Source: Callorhinchus milii (lineage: Eukaryota). From it: a stretch of DNA of 64,000 nt. The stretch lies in assembly GCF_018977255.1 (NCBI RefSeq), contig NW_024704745.1:9672001-9736000 (forward strand), read 5' to 3'. Below, piece after piece: positions 37,401 to 48,229 of this stretch (its first letter is position 1; each line of letters opens with the position of its first letter). The notes under the pieces are model-generated. The model was not told the DNA's origin. It saw only the letters and a list, made by a program, of their open reading frames with translations, and did no database searches. Position numbers and translations under genes: made by a program.

Positions 37401-40400
37401 TTTTGGTTTCCACGTGGCAATTATCTGTTAGTTCACTTGTTGTAGGCGTGTGATGCTTTGGGTGTGAAGTGTCAGTATTTTCAACATTGCTACAGCCTCT
37501 GTTTTTTAGCTGCAGCAAGTGTCGTCTTCCTGAATCTGTCATCAGCACATCTTTGAGTACAATTCTGGCTTCCCTGTTGTAGGCAAAGTGTAATGCAAAG
37601 ACAATTTTAATGGATTTAGTGAAAACACTTCCAAAATAGGAAAGGTGGATTCAGGAAAATGTAATGGATCTATCCATTAAAAAATGGATGTAGCATTTCA
37701 AGAGCAGCAGTCATTGTGGTTTGAGAAGAATCCCAACACAATCATCAGCCAAGGTCTCCTCAAGCAAGGTTTAAGATTACTATATCTGTTCATCGACAGA
37801 TGGGATTTTTGAGTTTTATAAAAAGTGGCCGAACACACCAAGCATAAAACGAAATCCAATCAAAACAAATTAAAGGGCAATTTGACATACCACAAAGGTG
37901 TGAACAAAAATAAGTGGTGAGAGTTGTATGAACAATGACAAAGAATTGGCCAAATCATCAGCGATGGTCTTGTGCTAATTTAAGCAATTCATAAAAGGTC
38001 AGTACATTGGCTTACGGAACGGAATGGCATGAAAGATTTAGATGGGCAATTGACAGATTCAGATTTTGTTACATCTACTTGAAATAGATTAATGTCTAAC
38101 ACCTAGGACATGGGTGGCCAACCGCTGTCAACCTATGGCCCGCACCCCAGAAGTGGTCTGAGGCTATCACAAAGCGGCCCCCCCAAACATTTGCGGTAGT
38201 CTACGCAAGTCCCTGTTCGATCAATCAATGTATTTCCAGGTTCTCCTTGGTTGAATTTTCTTAATTAATACATAGATCAAAAAGGTTGGCCACCACTGAT
38301 TTAGGACAAGATCATTTAACCAACTATAGTAAAACATTCATGCTAAAATAGAGACATTACTGGTGTTTGAACATTTGAACAGTATGTTTCAACAAAGCAT
38401 TGAATAACGAGTAAAACATGCATGAGCAAAGATCTAAAAAGGACAATCAATTGTATTCTTACTTCAGGTGTACTCCATCTCCTGAAAAGCTACGTTTTGA
38501 AGGGGAGTTCTTCCTTTGATTATAAACAATCAAATCCTGGTTACTCGTTTTATTGAAACTATTATAAGAAAATGGCCAACGTTTCTGCAAACAGACCACA
38601 AAATCTGTTAAGTTTAACATTTTCTAAAAAAAGGGAAACATTCTACTGAATTTCCCATAATTCGAAATTTAATAAACAGAAGATGTTTGCACTGTTACTA
38701 ACATCTCAATCATCACCATTGAAAGGCCTGAAGCATTCCTATGCAGATCACCAATTACAGCATTTAGGGATTACGGAACTATTTATGGAATGTATGTATT
38801 CCCCTTAAGCAATTCATAAATATTTTAAAAAATTGATAAACATATTACAATCTCCAACATCAACCTTCAAAGGAGAATTGGGGTGACATTTTTATTCCCT
38901 TCCAAGAAATTCTTATTATATTTCACTTGTATTTATAAAAACTATATAATTTACTTGAAACCAATTTTATGAAATAGCTCATTTTTACAAAATGTTATTG
39001 TGGTGCTAAATCTAAACATTTCAAGGTAAACTGAAGTTTATGCATTCACAGCAGATTAAGCATGAATATACTTGTAATTTGTGTGTTTTAAGAAAAGCAT
39101 AACAAATAGAGAATTATAACAAACTTTTACAACAGGGACAAGACACTACAAATCACAGAAATCGTCATCTTCAGAAGGGAGCGACAAGGCAATCAGAAAA
39201 GGGGAGAAAATTAGAGGAGGGCAGAAAGTTTGATACTTAATTTGAGTTCAACTCACATGTGATGTTTTTAAACTTTCAACTCTTGAGTCAGAAAGTCGGG
39301 ACAACGGAGAGTGCATGTCTACATTATCCATCTCAGAGATCCTCTTCTTCTTTGGAATTTTAAAATTGCCCCCACACTAGAAAGAGAAGAAAATTAAAAT
39401 GCAGCACTCAAGTGAAGCTTTCAAAAGAAAATACCACAGGTACTTCACAATTTCAGAGGAGTTGACTTACTTTTAACTTGCAACATTTGTAGAAAAAGCA
39501 CCAAAAATAAAAACAATGGTACCCCCTGTGTATCATGCCAAACAACGTTAAAAGGCAACTAAGTTGTTCCTGGTTTACAACACTATACACTTGGGGAAGA
39601 AACAACTGATATTGATTATACAAAATAAATAGTATGTTTCAAGGCCCGAGATTAAACAAAACAAACTTTCTAGAAGTTCTAAATTAATATCATTCTCAAG
39701 ACAATAAAATCTAACCCGAAATCTACTACAGATTATTATTGCTGTAGTTTTGGCTGGATGCACAAGTTAACACAATTTCGATACAATGCTGTTAAGGGAA
39801 ACCCTCTCCGTACCAGGACTCACTCTAAGAATACTTAGGAGGGTGAAGAGAAAAATTAATAAGCATTATATACATAGGTAAGCACACTGTAATAACCAGG
39901 AAATCACTCATACCTTCTTGTAAACTGTTAAAATTTGAATAGCAATTTACTCATCTGTTTGATTGATTGCCCACAAATATAGTAAATGCACTTTACAGTA
40001 TATTCTGTGAAGCGCTTTGAGCCATCTAGAAAACGTGAAAAGCGCTATCTCAAATGCAAGGATTATTATTATCTTTCGCCAAGCAGAAGTTATAATTGTG
40101 GCATTTATTCTATTTCTGATAATGTGTCCTAGTATATTGATTAGATACAGATGTAAATAATTAAATTGACTACCAGAGTAAAACCCAATATTCTCTGGCA
40201 GATGGGGTAGCGAGTGTACTTCACCCGTTGTCATTCCTGAAATTGGGATTCATGCCCTATAGTAGGGTTCCTGTTAACATTTATAGTGGATACATATTAT
40301 TCCAAGAAAGAACAACTATCACAAGTCCCTTTTATTAAATTTAGAATAAGAGTTAATTGTAAAAATGTGCATCTAGATTAAACAGTTTAGGCACGTGTTA

Positions 40401-41237
40401 CTGTTATCTGCCATAAATAATGTACAACTTATTTTTGAATAAACATTAACATTGACTAACAGACATTTTAGCTGGAATGCCACAATGTTCCCGCAGTCTA
40501 GAAACAGCCAGCAGAACACAAAGAATACAATTTTGACTTGCACCATGCAATACAAAAAAAGTCAAATTGTGAATGCAACAAGTGATGTACATTAGCATAT
40601 TGAATCAGTCTGACTAAAGAGGTTGAGGGTGGAATAAACTACATGCCAGTTCAAACCAACCAGTTCCAACTAGTGCTCTTGCCTCTGAGCCAGAGAGTTC
40701 TGGGTTCAAGCCCTCTGTCGCAACTTGAACTCACATAATCTAAGATGACACTGCAATGCAATGCTGGGAGTGTGCCGCATTGTCGGAAGTGTTGCTCTTT
40801 AGATGAGATGTTAAACCGAGGTCCTGTCTGCTTGTTCAGGTGGATGTTAAAGATCCCATGGCACTATTTGAAAAAAGGAGGGAGTTTCTCCTAGTGTCCT
40901 GGCCAACAATCCCCCCCTCCCAAATAAAATTAGTCATTCGCTTCATAGATGTTTGTGGGACATCACTGTGCTCAGTTGGGCTGTCATAGCCACCTATAAA
41001 TCCAGTTTTTGGGGGTACGCTATTGACCAGTTACAATGAAACAAATCACAATCCTTTTGGCAATTCATGTACAATTTCCCCCAGGAAAGCATTGAACAAA
41101 CATGGAGGACAGCACAATACAGTCAGACAAAAAGTTATGGTCTAAACTTGAGTCAAAAATAAAGTAGCACTCAGTACCTTCAATGTCTCTGCTCCACCCT
41201 GGCCAATGGGTTGAGTTGTACTCTTATTCCTGTCCAT
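10287..41237 (-). CDS. SENP7: SENP7 SUMO-specific protease 7, whole spliced CDS (22 coding exons, 3138 nt, ~1045 aa)
   Basis: Exons assembled by eye with GT-AG boundaries and consistent phases. Ulp1/C48 domain with His (SHW), Asp (MDSL) and Cys (QDNSSDCG); SENP6/7 loop-1 PPPPTKGG; SENP7-type C-terminus; synteny with IMPG2, TRMT10C and PCNP. Confidence 0.93.
10560..11110 (-). mobile_element. L2 LINE ORF2 3' fragment
   Basis: Frames encode [21 protein letters not shown] and LHWLPI, the L2-clade RT C-terminus. Confidence 0.88.
11588..11738 (-). CDS. SENP7: SENP7 exon with catalytic Cys
   Basis: YLQIEWEMK...[22 protein letters not shown]|gtaatt. Confidence 0.96.
12108..12176 (-). CDS. SENP7: SENP7 exon with catalytic Asp
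   Basis: [23 protein letters not shown]|gtgagt. Confidence 0.95.
12655..12867 (+). mobile_element. DeuSINE 3' half
   Basis: Core and tail. Confidence 0.8.
13370..13562 (-). mobile_element. DeuSINE 3' half
   Basis: Core and tail in reverse. Confidence 0.8.
13604..13659 (-). CDS. SENP7: SENP7 exon (catalytic-domain insertion)
   Basis: ttacag|[18 protein letters not shown](Q)|gtaagt, phase 0-2. Confidence 0.8.
13843..13907 (-). CDS. SENP7: SENP7 exon (catalytic-domain insertion)
   Basis: ttacag|(S)[21 protein letters not shown]|gtaaat; phase 1-0 bridges its neighbours. Confidence 0.75.
14090..14650 (+). mobile_element. L2 LINE 3' fragment with intact tail
   Basis: [53 protein letters not shown], then 3'UTR and (TTG)n. 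Confidence 0.9.
14877..15064 (-). CDS. SENP7: SENP7 exon with catalytic His
   Basis: [19 protein letters not shown]...QDS|gtatgt. Confidence 0.93.
15160..15275 (+). mobile_element. DeuSINE 3' fragment
   Basis: Near-identical to the 3' 115 bp of the 692 copy. Confidence 0.85.
16155..16247 (-). CDS. SENP7: SENP7 exon
   Basis: [31 protein letters not shown]. Confidence 0.95.
16628..16750 (-). CDS. SENP7: SENP7 exon
   Basis: [41 protein letters not shown]. Confidence 0.95.
17130..17340 (-). mobile_element. L2 3' end
   Basis: Reverse L2 tail and ORF2 end. Confidence 0.75.
18188..18545 (+). mobile_element. DeuSINE, long subfamily
   Basis: Full head, insert, core and tail; ends ~30 bp from a SENP7 donor. 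Confidence 0.88.
18578..18694 (-). CDS. SENP7: SENP7 exon (start of protease domain, loop 1)
   Basis: [39 protein letters not shown]. Confidence 0.96.
18880..20024 (+). mobile_element. CR1-type LINE ORF2, internally deleted
   Basis: Endonuclease motifs [13 protein letters not shown] and [11 protein letters not shown] joined to RT motifs [30 protein letters not shown] and GVPQG. Confidence 0.88.
21165..21298 (-). CDS. SENP7: SENP7 exon
   Basis: caatag|[12 protein letters not shown]...KSGPVT(K)|gtatgt, phase 0-2. Confidence 0.85.
21774..22033 (-). CDS. SENP7: SENP7 exon
   Basis: [14 protein letters not shown]...EEACQLL...EPHLFQ|gtgact; an alternative in-frame donor lies at ~21815. Confidence 0.85.
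22313..22474 (-). CDS. SENP7: SENP7 exon
   Basis: [17 protein letters not shown]...[18 protein letters not shown]...|gtaagt. Confidence 0.9.
23831..23864 (-). CDS. SENP7: SENP7 34-nt exon
   Basis: ttacag|[11 protein letters not shown]|gtaaag; phase 0-1 is required by the flanking exons. Confidence 0.82.
25885..26780 (+). mobile_element. Decayed DIRS-like (tyrosine-recombinase retroelement) relic
   Basis: Colinear degenerate motifs across frames: LMWW, LTTDA, ELHIAN, VLDYLQ, RFLNG. Confidence 0.4.
27379..27543 (-). CDS. SENP7: SENP7 exon
   Basis: YPDEVPE...[22 protein letters not shown]|gtaagt. Confidence 0.87.
28821..29008 (-). CDS. SENP7: SENP7 exon with SUMO-interacting motif
   Basis: (I)[11 protein letters not shown]...NEK|gtaact; completes the [14 protein letters not shown]. 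Confidence 0.9.
29070..29412 (-). mobile_element. SacSINE1-like DeuSINE
   Basis: Reverse head gtcagcctggctcagttggtagcactctcacctctcagtcaga...ggttcaagtcc plus Deu core. Confidence 0.75.
29935..30560 (-). mobile_element. Old L2 fragment
   Basis: Purine-rich degenerate match to the reverse L2 3' region (gagttccagag, aagaatcttaaagtcaatcc). Confidence 0.55.
30671..31040 (-). CDS. SENP7: SENP7 exon
   Basis: ttccag|[18 protein letters not shown]...PVSIEP|gtgggt; open frame, phase 0-1. Confidence 0.85.
31712..31911 (-). CDS. SENP7: SENP7 exon
   Basis: ttgcag|(D)ACRTGQ...SPRNKRLRK...SASPSK|gttggt, phase 1-0. Confidence 0.8.
31970..32080 (+). mobile_element. DeuSINE 3' fragment
   Basis: Tail motifs. 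Confidence 0.75.
32775..33220 (-). mobile_element. L2 3' fragment
   Basis: [28 protein letters not shown]; (TTG)n tail. Confidence 0.85.
33643..33758 (-). CDS. SENP7: SENP7 exon
   Basis: tttcag|[10 protein letters not shown]...ERATE|gtattt, phase 2-1. Confidence 0.8.
34240..34800 (-). mobile_element. Decayed DIRS-like RNase H relic
   Basis: [10 protein letters not shown] (~DASLQGWGAH), IN/LE, VSDT and [15 protein letters not shown] (~HIPG..N..AD.LSR) in the expected order. Confidence 0.35.
35335..35593 (-). mobile_element. DeuSINE with internal deletion
   Basis: Reverse head and core. Confidence 0.85.
36250..36530 (-). mobile_element. Old L2 3' fragment
   Basis: gtctggagacagaccttgaatg...gaaattccagagg resembles the other L2 copies. 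Confidence 0.5.
36860..37225 (+). mobile_element. CR1-like 3' tail followed by SacSINE1-like fragment
   Basis: gatgggttgaatggcctccttctgcactgtaa (CR1/HE1-type tail), then ggatgttaaagagcccatggcactatttg and Deu core. Confidence 0.65.
37361..37573 (-). CDS. SENP7: SENP7 exon with HP1-box-like motif
   Basis: [19 protein letters not shown] resembles the mammalian SENP7 PRVILTNVLGTELGRK repeat. Confidence 0.88.
38109..38298. mobile_element. hAT (Charlie-like) MITE
   Basis: TIRs CATGGGTGGCCAACC / GGTTGGCCACCACTG; 8-bp TSD-like acctagga / atttagga with central TA. Confidence 0.75.
38463..38584 (-). CDS. SENP7: SENP7 exon
   Basis: ttgcag|[10 protein letters not shown]...GVHL(K)|gtaaga, phase 0-2. 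Confidence 0.8.
39257..39376 (-). CDS. SENP7: SENP7 exon
   Basis: ttctag|[28 protein letters not shown]...|gtgagt; HSPLSR resembles the SENP7 N-terminal QSPLSK. Confidence 0.85.
39960..40072 (+). mobile_element. DeuSINE 3' fragment
   Basis: Tail motifs. Confidence 0.75.
40665..41000 (+). mobile_element. SacSINE1-like DeuSINE
   Basis: gcctctgagccagagagttctgggttcaagcc...gatgagatgttaaaccgaggtcctgtctg...Deu core. Confidence 0.78.
41178..41237 (-). CDS. SENP7: SENP7 probable first coding exon (exon spans 41178-41255)
   Basis: acacag|[26 protein letters not shown]|gtactg. MDRNK resembles the SENP7 start, but the frame is open upstream so an earlier start is possible. Confidence 0.6.
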
Positions 41238-41314
41238 TAGGGCAGTTTTAGGCTCCTGTGTAAAAGAATAATTTCAATAAGTTTCCAGTAATGGTCCAAA
41301 AATACCCCTGTACA

Positions 41315-41657
41315 CCTCACAAGTGAGAGATCTGGGTTCAATTCCCGGCAGGGTGAAATGTTGGGCAAGTTTCCTTACTCCACATGCCTCTGTTTACCCA
41401 GGAGTAAGTGGGAACCCGGTTGTTAGTCGATTGGCGGATCGCTTTTCTCGGGGTAATAATTCCTTCCAAAAAAAATAATAAATTGGTCACTTCAATCCAT
41501 GACTGTTTGTGGGAAACTGCAGTATGCAATTGGCTGCCACGTTTCGCCCATAAAATAAGCAGTCAATTCACGAGAGTATATTCTGTGAAGCGCTTTGAGA
41601 TGTCTCGAAGACTTGATAAGGTGCTATATCAAATGCAAGGATTATTATTGTTATTAT
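41315..41657 (+). mobile_element. DeuSINE long subfamily, 5'-truncated
   Basis: B box, insert, core and tail. Confidence 0.85.
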
Positions 41658-41869
41658 ATAACAGTCACTACTATACTGCAAAATTTAAATAATTTGAAGC
41701 ACTTTGCAACAGAAACTTGATAACATAATAATAATCCTTGCATTTGGTATAGCACCCTATCACATCTTCGATATGAAATGACACGGCAGAAAAAGGAGGA
41801 GTAATGTCTGCATACTAGATGATATTTTTAAGAAACAAAAGTATTATACTTTATTATAATTATTAACAA

Positions 41870-42262
41870 TACCTACATTTGATATAGCACCTTTCATGTA
41901 AGGAGGACAAAGCGCTTCATAGGTTACACTGCAAAGTATAGTGACTGTGTATTTTGTGGGCGAATGCAGCAGCCAATTTGCACACAGCAATATCCCCAAA
42001 ACAGCCATACAATGAATGACCAATTTTATGTGAAGGATTGATAGCCAGGACATCCTCTGAAACTCTCCTCTTTTCGAATAATGCAATGAAATCTTTAATG
42101 TCCACCTAAACAGACAAATGGAATTCCAGTTTAAAATCTAACCAGAAGGACGACACCTCCAACTACACAGAACACTCCAATACTGCTTAAGAGTTTGAAG
42201 TCCCAATGTGGGGATTGAACACACAATCTTCTCACTAAGAGAGTATTACCAACTGAGCCAGA
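41870..42262 (-). mobile_element. SacSINE1-like DeuSINE
   Basis: Reverse head, core and tail. Confidence 0.75.
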
Positions 42263-43139
42263 CTGCCCTATTGAAGGATCAAGGTGAAATGATTCAGCTG
42301 CTGATTTATGAGAGTAGTGTTTTGTGCACTGAAGGTGTGTTAATGAAGAGAGCACAGAATGATTAGAAAAGCAGTAGATATGATTACAAGATAAGTGATA
42401 AGACAAAATAGAAGAGCCCTGTAAAAACACGTCAATGATAAAAAAACATTAACTACAGCACAAATTAAGTGATCAAAAGGAGATTACTGTTAACAGCTAC
42501 AAAAATCACCTTATGTTCTTGACCAAAGCAAGGCACTGAATGTTTCTAAATTCAGATAAATTGCTGATTTTTTGTTCTGTAACAGAAACATAATGAGACT
42601 ACAAAGGTTAGGCTATTTTGACTCAATACACTAAGAACAGAAACAAGAAAGGAGGCAGCATGTGAAAGCAAATAAAAGAGGCCAAAAGAAAGGGAGATTT
42701 GTGCTCTATATTCATGTTTTTTCCCCATGTATTGGGCAACTTGCATCAGTTGCATATTGTCTATTCAAATAGGTGTATATATGATTTAAATAACACTCGG
42801 CAAACATTGGAGATAAAATCCTGTTTGTACTCAGTACAGAAAATGTTTCCCCACATGCACAGAATATCTTTTTACTAGTGAAATACAATTTAGTAAATAA
42901 TTCTTCATTGAGTGCAACTCATGTCCTAAATCACCTCAAGCAACAGATACATGCCAACTGAAACACATATGGACAGGCAAAAATATCGTTAACAGTTGCA
43001 TAGTACAGATGTGGTTTCCTGTGTTTGCAACGAAAAAGTGGAAGCCCTCAAATTGCGAGCTTTCTAAGATAAAAACTGACTGACTAATGCAATGTTGTAA
43101 TTTATAATTCAAGTAGATCACACACAAACAAACAAACTC

Positions 43140-43245
43140 ATCCACAATATACAGTCAAATCATTTTGCACGATATTCTGTGAAGCGCTTTGAGACATTTC
43201 GACGATGTGATAAGGTACAATATCAAATGCAAGGATTATTATTAT
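43140..43245 (+). mobile_element. DeuSINE 3' fragment
   Basis: Tail motifs. Confidence 0.7.
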
Positions 43246-43574
43246 GTTAATAAAGCTTTCGTAGATCGGTAAGTCAACATTTTCACCAAAGAAAGAAAAT
43301 CTAAGCCAAATATGTACAAGAACCCTTTACAAGACAGAAGTGGGATTGAAGGTAAACAAACTGTATCGTAACAGAAAAAGGGCACTGACAAACAGGAAGC
43401 AAAAAAAGCTGCAGAGCAGATAGGAACTAATGTAGTCACTATTCAAAAACAGCACTATTCAAATTCAAAACCTGCACTATTTGTTTCGTTTCAAGTATGA
43501 TAACCTCACAATCAGAAAAACAAATAACTGAAACACACAACCACACACACCACACTGGTGTGAAAACAGTCTCA

Positions 43575-44005
43575 GAAATGAAGCCCACCACCTGCTCCCT
43601 TGACCCCCATCCCCACCGCATCCTTAACTCCCAGCTCCACCTCCTGGCCCCTCTTTTAACCGACATCATTAATTTCTCCTTATCCACAGGCACTGTTCCT
43701 ACCCTTCTGAAAACAGCTGTCATCAACCCTATCTTCAAAACAATCTCCGTGGACCCATCACTACTCTCCAGGTAGTGGGACCCATCACCCCATCTCCAAC
43801 CTCCCATTCCTGTCCAAGACCCTGGAACGAGTTGTCGCATTCCAGCCTCACTCTTTCCTCTCCCGCCGTTCCCTCTATGAACCTCTCCAACCAAGTTTCC
43901 CTACTGCCCACAGCACGGGAACAGCCCTGGTCAAAGTCACTAATGACATTCTGTCTATCTGCGACCAGGGCTCTCGGTCTCCTTGTCCTCTTCAACCTCT
44001 CTGCT
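43575..44005 (+). mobile_element. L2 RT N-terminal fragment
   Basis: KPTTCSLDP, IINFSLSTGTVP, KTAVINPI, TALVKVTND. Confidence 0.85.
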
Positions 44006-44309
44006 TGGTTTTATTTGCTTTTCCAATCAAATAAAACCAAACATTAACAAGAACAACCAGTATTTATACAGCACTCGTCATGCAGGTCGAGTCCCAGAGC
44101 GCTTGAGTTATCCACTTCAAATTTCAAACGGTTTTGTCATTGCCAAGTTAATTTGGTGCTAAGTTGCATCCCAGAATTCTTCCACAGAGACTAGAGAGTA
44201 CATGCATACACAGGTTGGGAAACACGATTCTACCCTCAGCTTATCCTGGGAACCCATATAATTAAAAAGGTAGCAACAGTTCTACTTGAATTGATTCAAT
44301 TAATTAAAA

Positions 44310-44762
44310 ACTCTGCCGCACGGATATTCACCCACATGAAAACCCCATCACACTAATCCTTGCTAGACTCCATTGACTTCCAATTACCAAATGGATCGAT
44401 TTCAAGATCCCCTCACTCATTTTCAAATCCTTCATGCCCTCACACCTCCCTGCCTACCCGAATCTGCTTTCCCCCCACTCCACCACCCGTTGCCTCTGCT
44501 CGGCTGTCGCCGGCCTCCTGTTTGTCCCTTGCCCCCCCCAATATCAGTGGCCATGCCTTCAGCCACTGCACCCCGAAACTCTGGAACTCTCTCCCTCAAA
44601 CCTTCCATCTTGCCCCCTCCCCACTTTCAAATCCCACCTAAAAATCTTCCTTTTTGATCGCGCTTACGGTCACCTCCCCCTGGCTCGGGATCAGACTCCA
44701 CTACTGTCAAGCTCTCTGGGACTGCGTGAAGGGAGCAATATAAATGGAAGTAGTTGTTGTTG
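44310..44762 (+). mobile_element. L2 3' fragment
   Basis: PKLWNSLP, FKSHLKIFLF, (TTG)n tail. Confidence 0.8.
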
Positions 44763-45664
44763 AAGCAAACCCTGTTATTTACAGGAGGCAGCACGTGAAA
44801 ACTAAAATTCATGTTTTGAATAGTGTTTCCCATTAAAATTTATACAGAATACATCAAAAACAAAATATTGCTGTAGTAATTTGAAAGAACATTTTTTGCA
44901 GTCAATTAAGTGAACAGCTTCTGCCTTTATGGATGGTTGTCTTTCACTGAATATTTAGAAAATTCTCCTGAGTTCATGATTTCCCCTCAAGTGTTCACAG
45001 TCTCAGTTGGGATGTCCAATGAAGGTAGGATGCTGTTCCTCAGGGAAGCTAGAAGTAAAAGAAACTGGGGAGGGGGGGCGTGGGGAATCATCTTGAGCCT
45101 TTTTTTGCAATTCCTATCAGGCAGTTATACAGCAGAATTGACCAGGGAGTAAGCTGCCTATCGGACATTTCCAGCTCGTATGTGGTGCACAGTGGCCAAA
45201 GAAGGAAGAACATATAATTAAAGGAGATAATTGCTTTTTACGTTTTCTTTGTATAGATTAAAAGTGAAGTAGTCCCTTCCTCATCAAGATGACAACTGCG
45301 CAACAACTCAGCATGGAATAAAGGGGGAAAGGGAGGAGTAGCTTCTCCCTGGCCTTATTATACAAGTCTCTAGGGAGATAGCACTTTGCACAAAAGCTGC
45401 GATTGAACAGTTGGTCTCTTGATGCTGTACTTATGAGCTACATTTGGTAGCTAACAAATGTTCAGCATGAACAGGGGCTCAGACAGCACAAATTGTGCTA
45501 AAGCCACAATCATGAAGCTGACCCAGGATGGTTTCATGAACAATGTCATTCACAAAGCATAAAATATTTGCAAAAGGTATTGAAGTAGATGTGAAATGCA
45601 CTGTAATTGTTCTTCCAAAGCTCTTGAACCATCTTTTTAACAACATATGATTTGGTGCTCTGAG

Positions 45665-46280
45665 TGAGAGAGGCTGAAAGCCTGGCCTACCGATGGCAGG
45701 GTGGGAGACATGGAGCAGGCTGGAGCCCCCTGAATGGAGGGAGCGGGCAGGTTGGTTGGGAGTCAGCAGGTCAGAGAGGTAGGAGGGGGCAAGGCCATGG
45801 ATGGCCTTGAAAGTGAGGACGAGGATCTTGAACTCAATCCTCTGAGGGATGGGGAGCCAGTGGATTCGGGTGAGGGTGGGAGTGATGAGGTCACGGAGCC
45901 TGGTGCACAAGAGTACACAAGCTTCAGAGTTTTGTATGATCTACAGCTTGTGAAGGGAAGAGTTGGGAAGGCCGAGGAGGAGGGAGTTTCCATAATCGAG
46001 CTTTGATGTGACAAATGTGTGGGTGAGGGTTTGGGCAGCCTGAGGGGTGAGGCAGTGGCAGAGTCTTGCAATGTTGCAGAGGTGGTGGTAGGCAGTGCCG
46101 GTCATGGTGCGGATGTGGTGGAGAAAGAACAGTTCAGGGTCAAACAAGACACCCAGGTTCCTGACTGGCTTAGTGAGGTTGAGTGTGCAGCCGTGGAGGA
46201 TGATTCTACCAGCGCCCAAGGTGCGGAGGTGCTGGAGCGAGCCGATCACGAGGGCCTCGGTCTTGCTGACATTCAGTTGG
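45665..46280 (-). mobile_element. L2 ORF2 fragment
   Basis: [36 protein letters not shown]. Confidence 0.88.
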
Positions 46281-46479
46281 AACAAATTTACATACCACAG
46301 AACAAAATGGAAAAACATCAACTATTAAGTCTTCCAGTTAAGGATGTACAATCCAAAGAGATAAATTCAGATGCTTGCTATTTCGAGTTGAATTATGATT
46401 GGTTACTAAAAATCAAAAAGATCATAAATAGTTCAAAAAGGGAACTTTAAATGGTTACCAACTGCAATACAATAATCAC

Positions 46480-46870
46480 TTGTATTTATATAATGCCCTA
46501 CAATTTGGAGTTACACCTCAGAGTGCTGAAGCCAATGGCTTTCAGTATACAGTCTATAAAACGGCTATGAAGGCTTGTGTGGTGCTTCAAATGGGATTTG
46601 AAAATAAAGAGGGGGTGAGTTAGAGGTAGGGAATTCCAGACATTAGGGGCGAAATGGCCACTGATGGTGGCACAGAAAGGTCAGAGGATATGATGTCGGC
46701 CTGCGATAGCTGAGCAATGGGGGGGGGGGGGGGGAGCACAGTGGGGCATGTGCAAGTCCGAGAAGTAGGAAGGTGTTAGGGTGTGAAGGGATTTGTTGAA
46801 TGAAGATGAGAATCTTGAAGTAATCCATTCAGAGCCAATGGAGCCTGTGGAGGATTGGGATGACGGGCTT
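46480..46870 (-). mobile_element. Old L2 3' fragment
   Basis: MDYFKILIF frame and degenerate tail. Confidence 0.55.
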
Positions 46871-47346
46871 CATCATCATACTTGCATTAAATTCTCTAAT
46901 TTTTTAAATAATTTTCTCCATCTAATTACATAGCAACCATGCATTAAACAATCACTTTGCAAACATATTGCTACCATTAACAGATCCACGTTAACTAATT
47001 CCAATAAATAAATAAATAAATAAATGTATGCATTTACAGCAATTAAACCTTAGATGAGGTCACTATTTTAAAGTAATCTTCATCAGCATTAAATCTGCCT
47101 CACTTATTCTATTTCCAAACTTTCAACTAAAGTATTTTGTTCCCTTTCTACAATGTTTGCAAAGGGGTTGTTTAGTGCACGGTTATTATGTAATGAATTA
47201 GATAAAGAAAATGTTATAGATACTGAGATTTCAAACTATTTGTTTTCAATTGAATTTCTTTTTGTGTGGCTGATTTGAATTGTATTGTAGCTGAGTAAGT
47301 TTCTGAGGGCCAAACTGCCTAGGAGATAATTTGTTGCAATTGTATG

Positions 47347-47667
47347 TAATAATAATAATCCTTGCATTTGATATAGCGCTTTTCACGTCGGGAGGACGTC
47401 CCAAAGCGCTTCACAGAACACACTGTAAAGTGAATTGACTGTATATTTGTGGGCGAACGCGGCAGCCAATTGCGCACAGCAATGTCCCACAAACAGTCGT
47501 AGATTGAAAATGACCAATTTATTATTGTTTTTTGTTTTGGAAGGATTATTATTAGGCTCTGTGTGGAGTAAGGAAACTTGCCCAAGGTTTCGCCCTCTGC
47601 CTGGAACTGAACTCAGGTCTCTCGATTGCAAAGCGAGTGCTCTAACCACTGAGCTACAGGACTCCAC
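47347..47667 (-). mobile_element. Full-length DeuSINE, short subfamily
   Basis: Near-identical to the 692 and 2282 copies. Confidence 0.9.
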
Positions 47668-48229
47668 GACTCATATGTACATATGAAAAGGAGTAACATT
47701 CCCACAAACATGAAAAGGGGATTGAAAGTAGCGTTTCATTTATAAACTAACGCGCAACAATGATGTATTTTGATACAAATAATATCAATGTATCCGTCAT
47801 ACAGGATGTTGCTACTGCAAGAAGACCACAAGTACATATTAACTCTTTCAGATCGTTTTTCTCCCTCAAACAAACTTCCACTATTTCTAAAACAACCAAG
47901 GAAACGTCCCCCTTGTAAATTGAAAACATTACACAATAAACCAGGTACACTGTAATAATATTTGAGTGGTCATGAGTCAAAATGAAACCTTTCCGAAATA
48001 TACAAACAACCCATGCCTCAAAGTGTCATTAATATTTATCAAAATAAAATGAAACACATACATGGCACGAAGTGCAATAAAACTTACTCAGCATTGATCT
48101 GTGGTGTGCAAAAGTCACACAAACACACACAGTTTTTTTAAAAAAGAAACTTAAGTACATTTAACCTACCTTTATTCCTGGAAAACCAGTCATTCTTTTA
48201 AAAATTGCATTTTATAGGAATAACAAACC

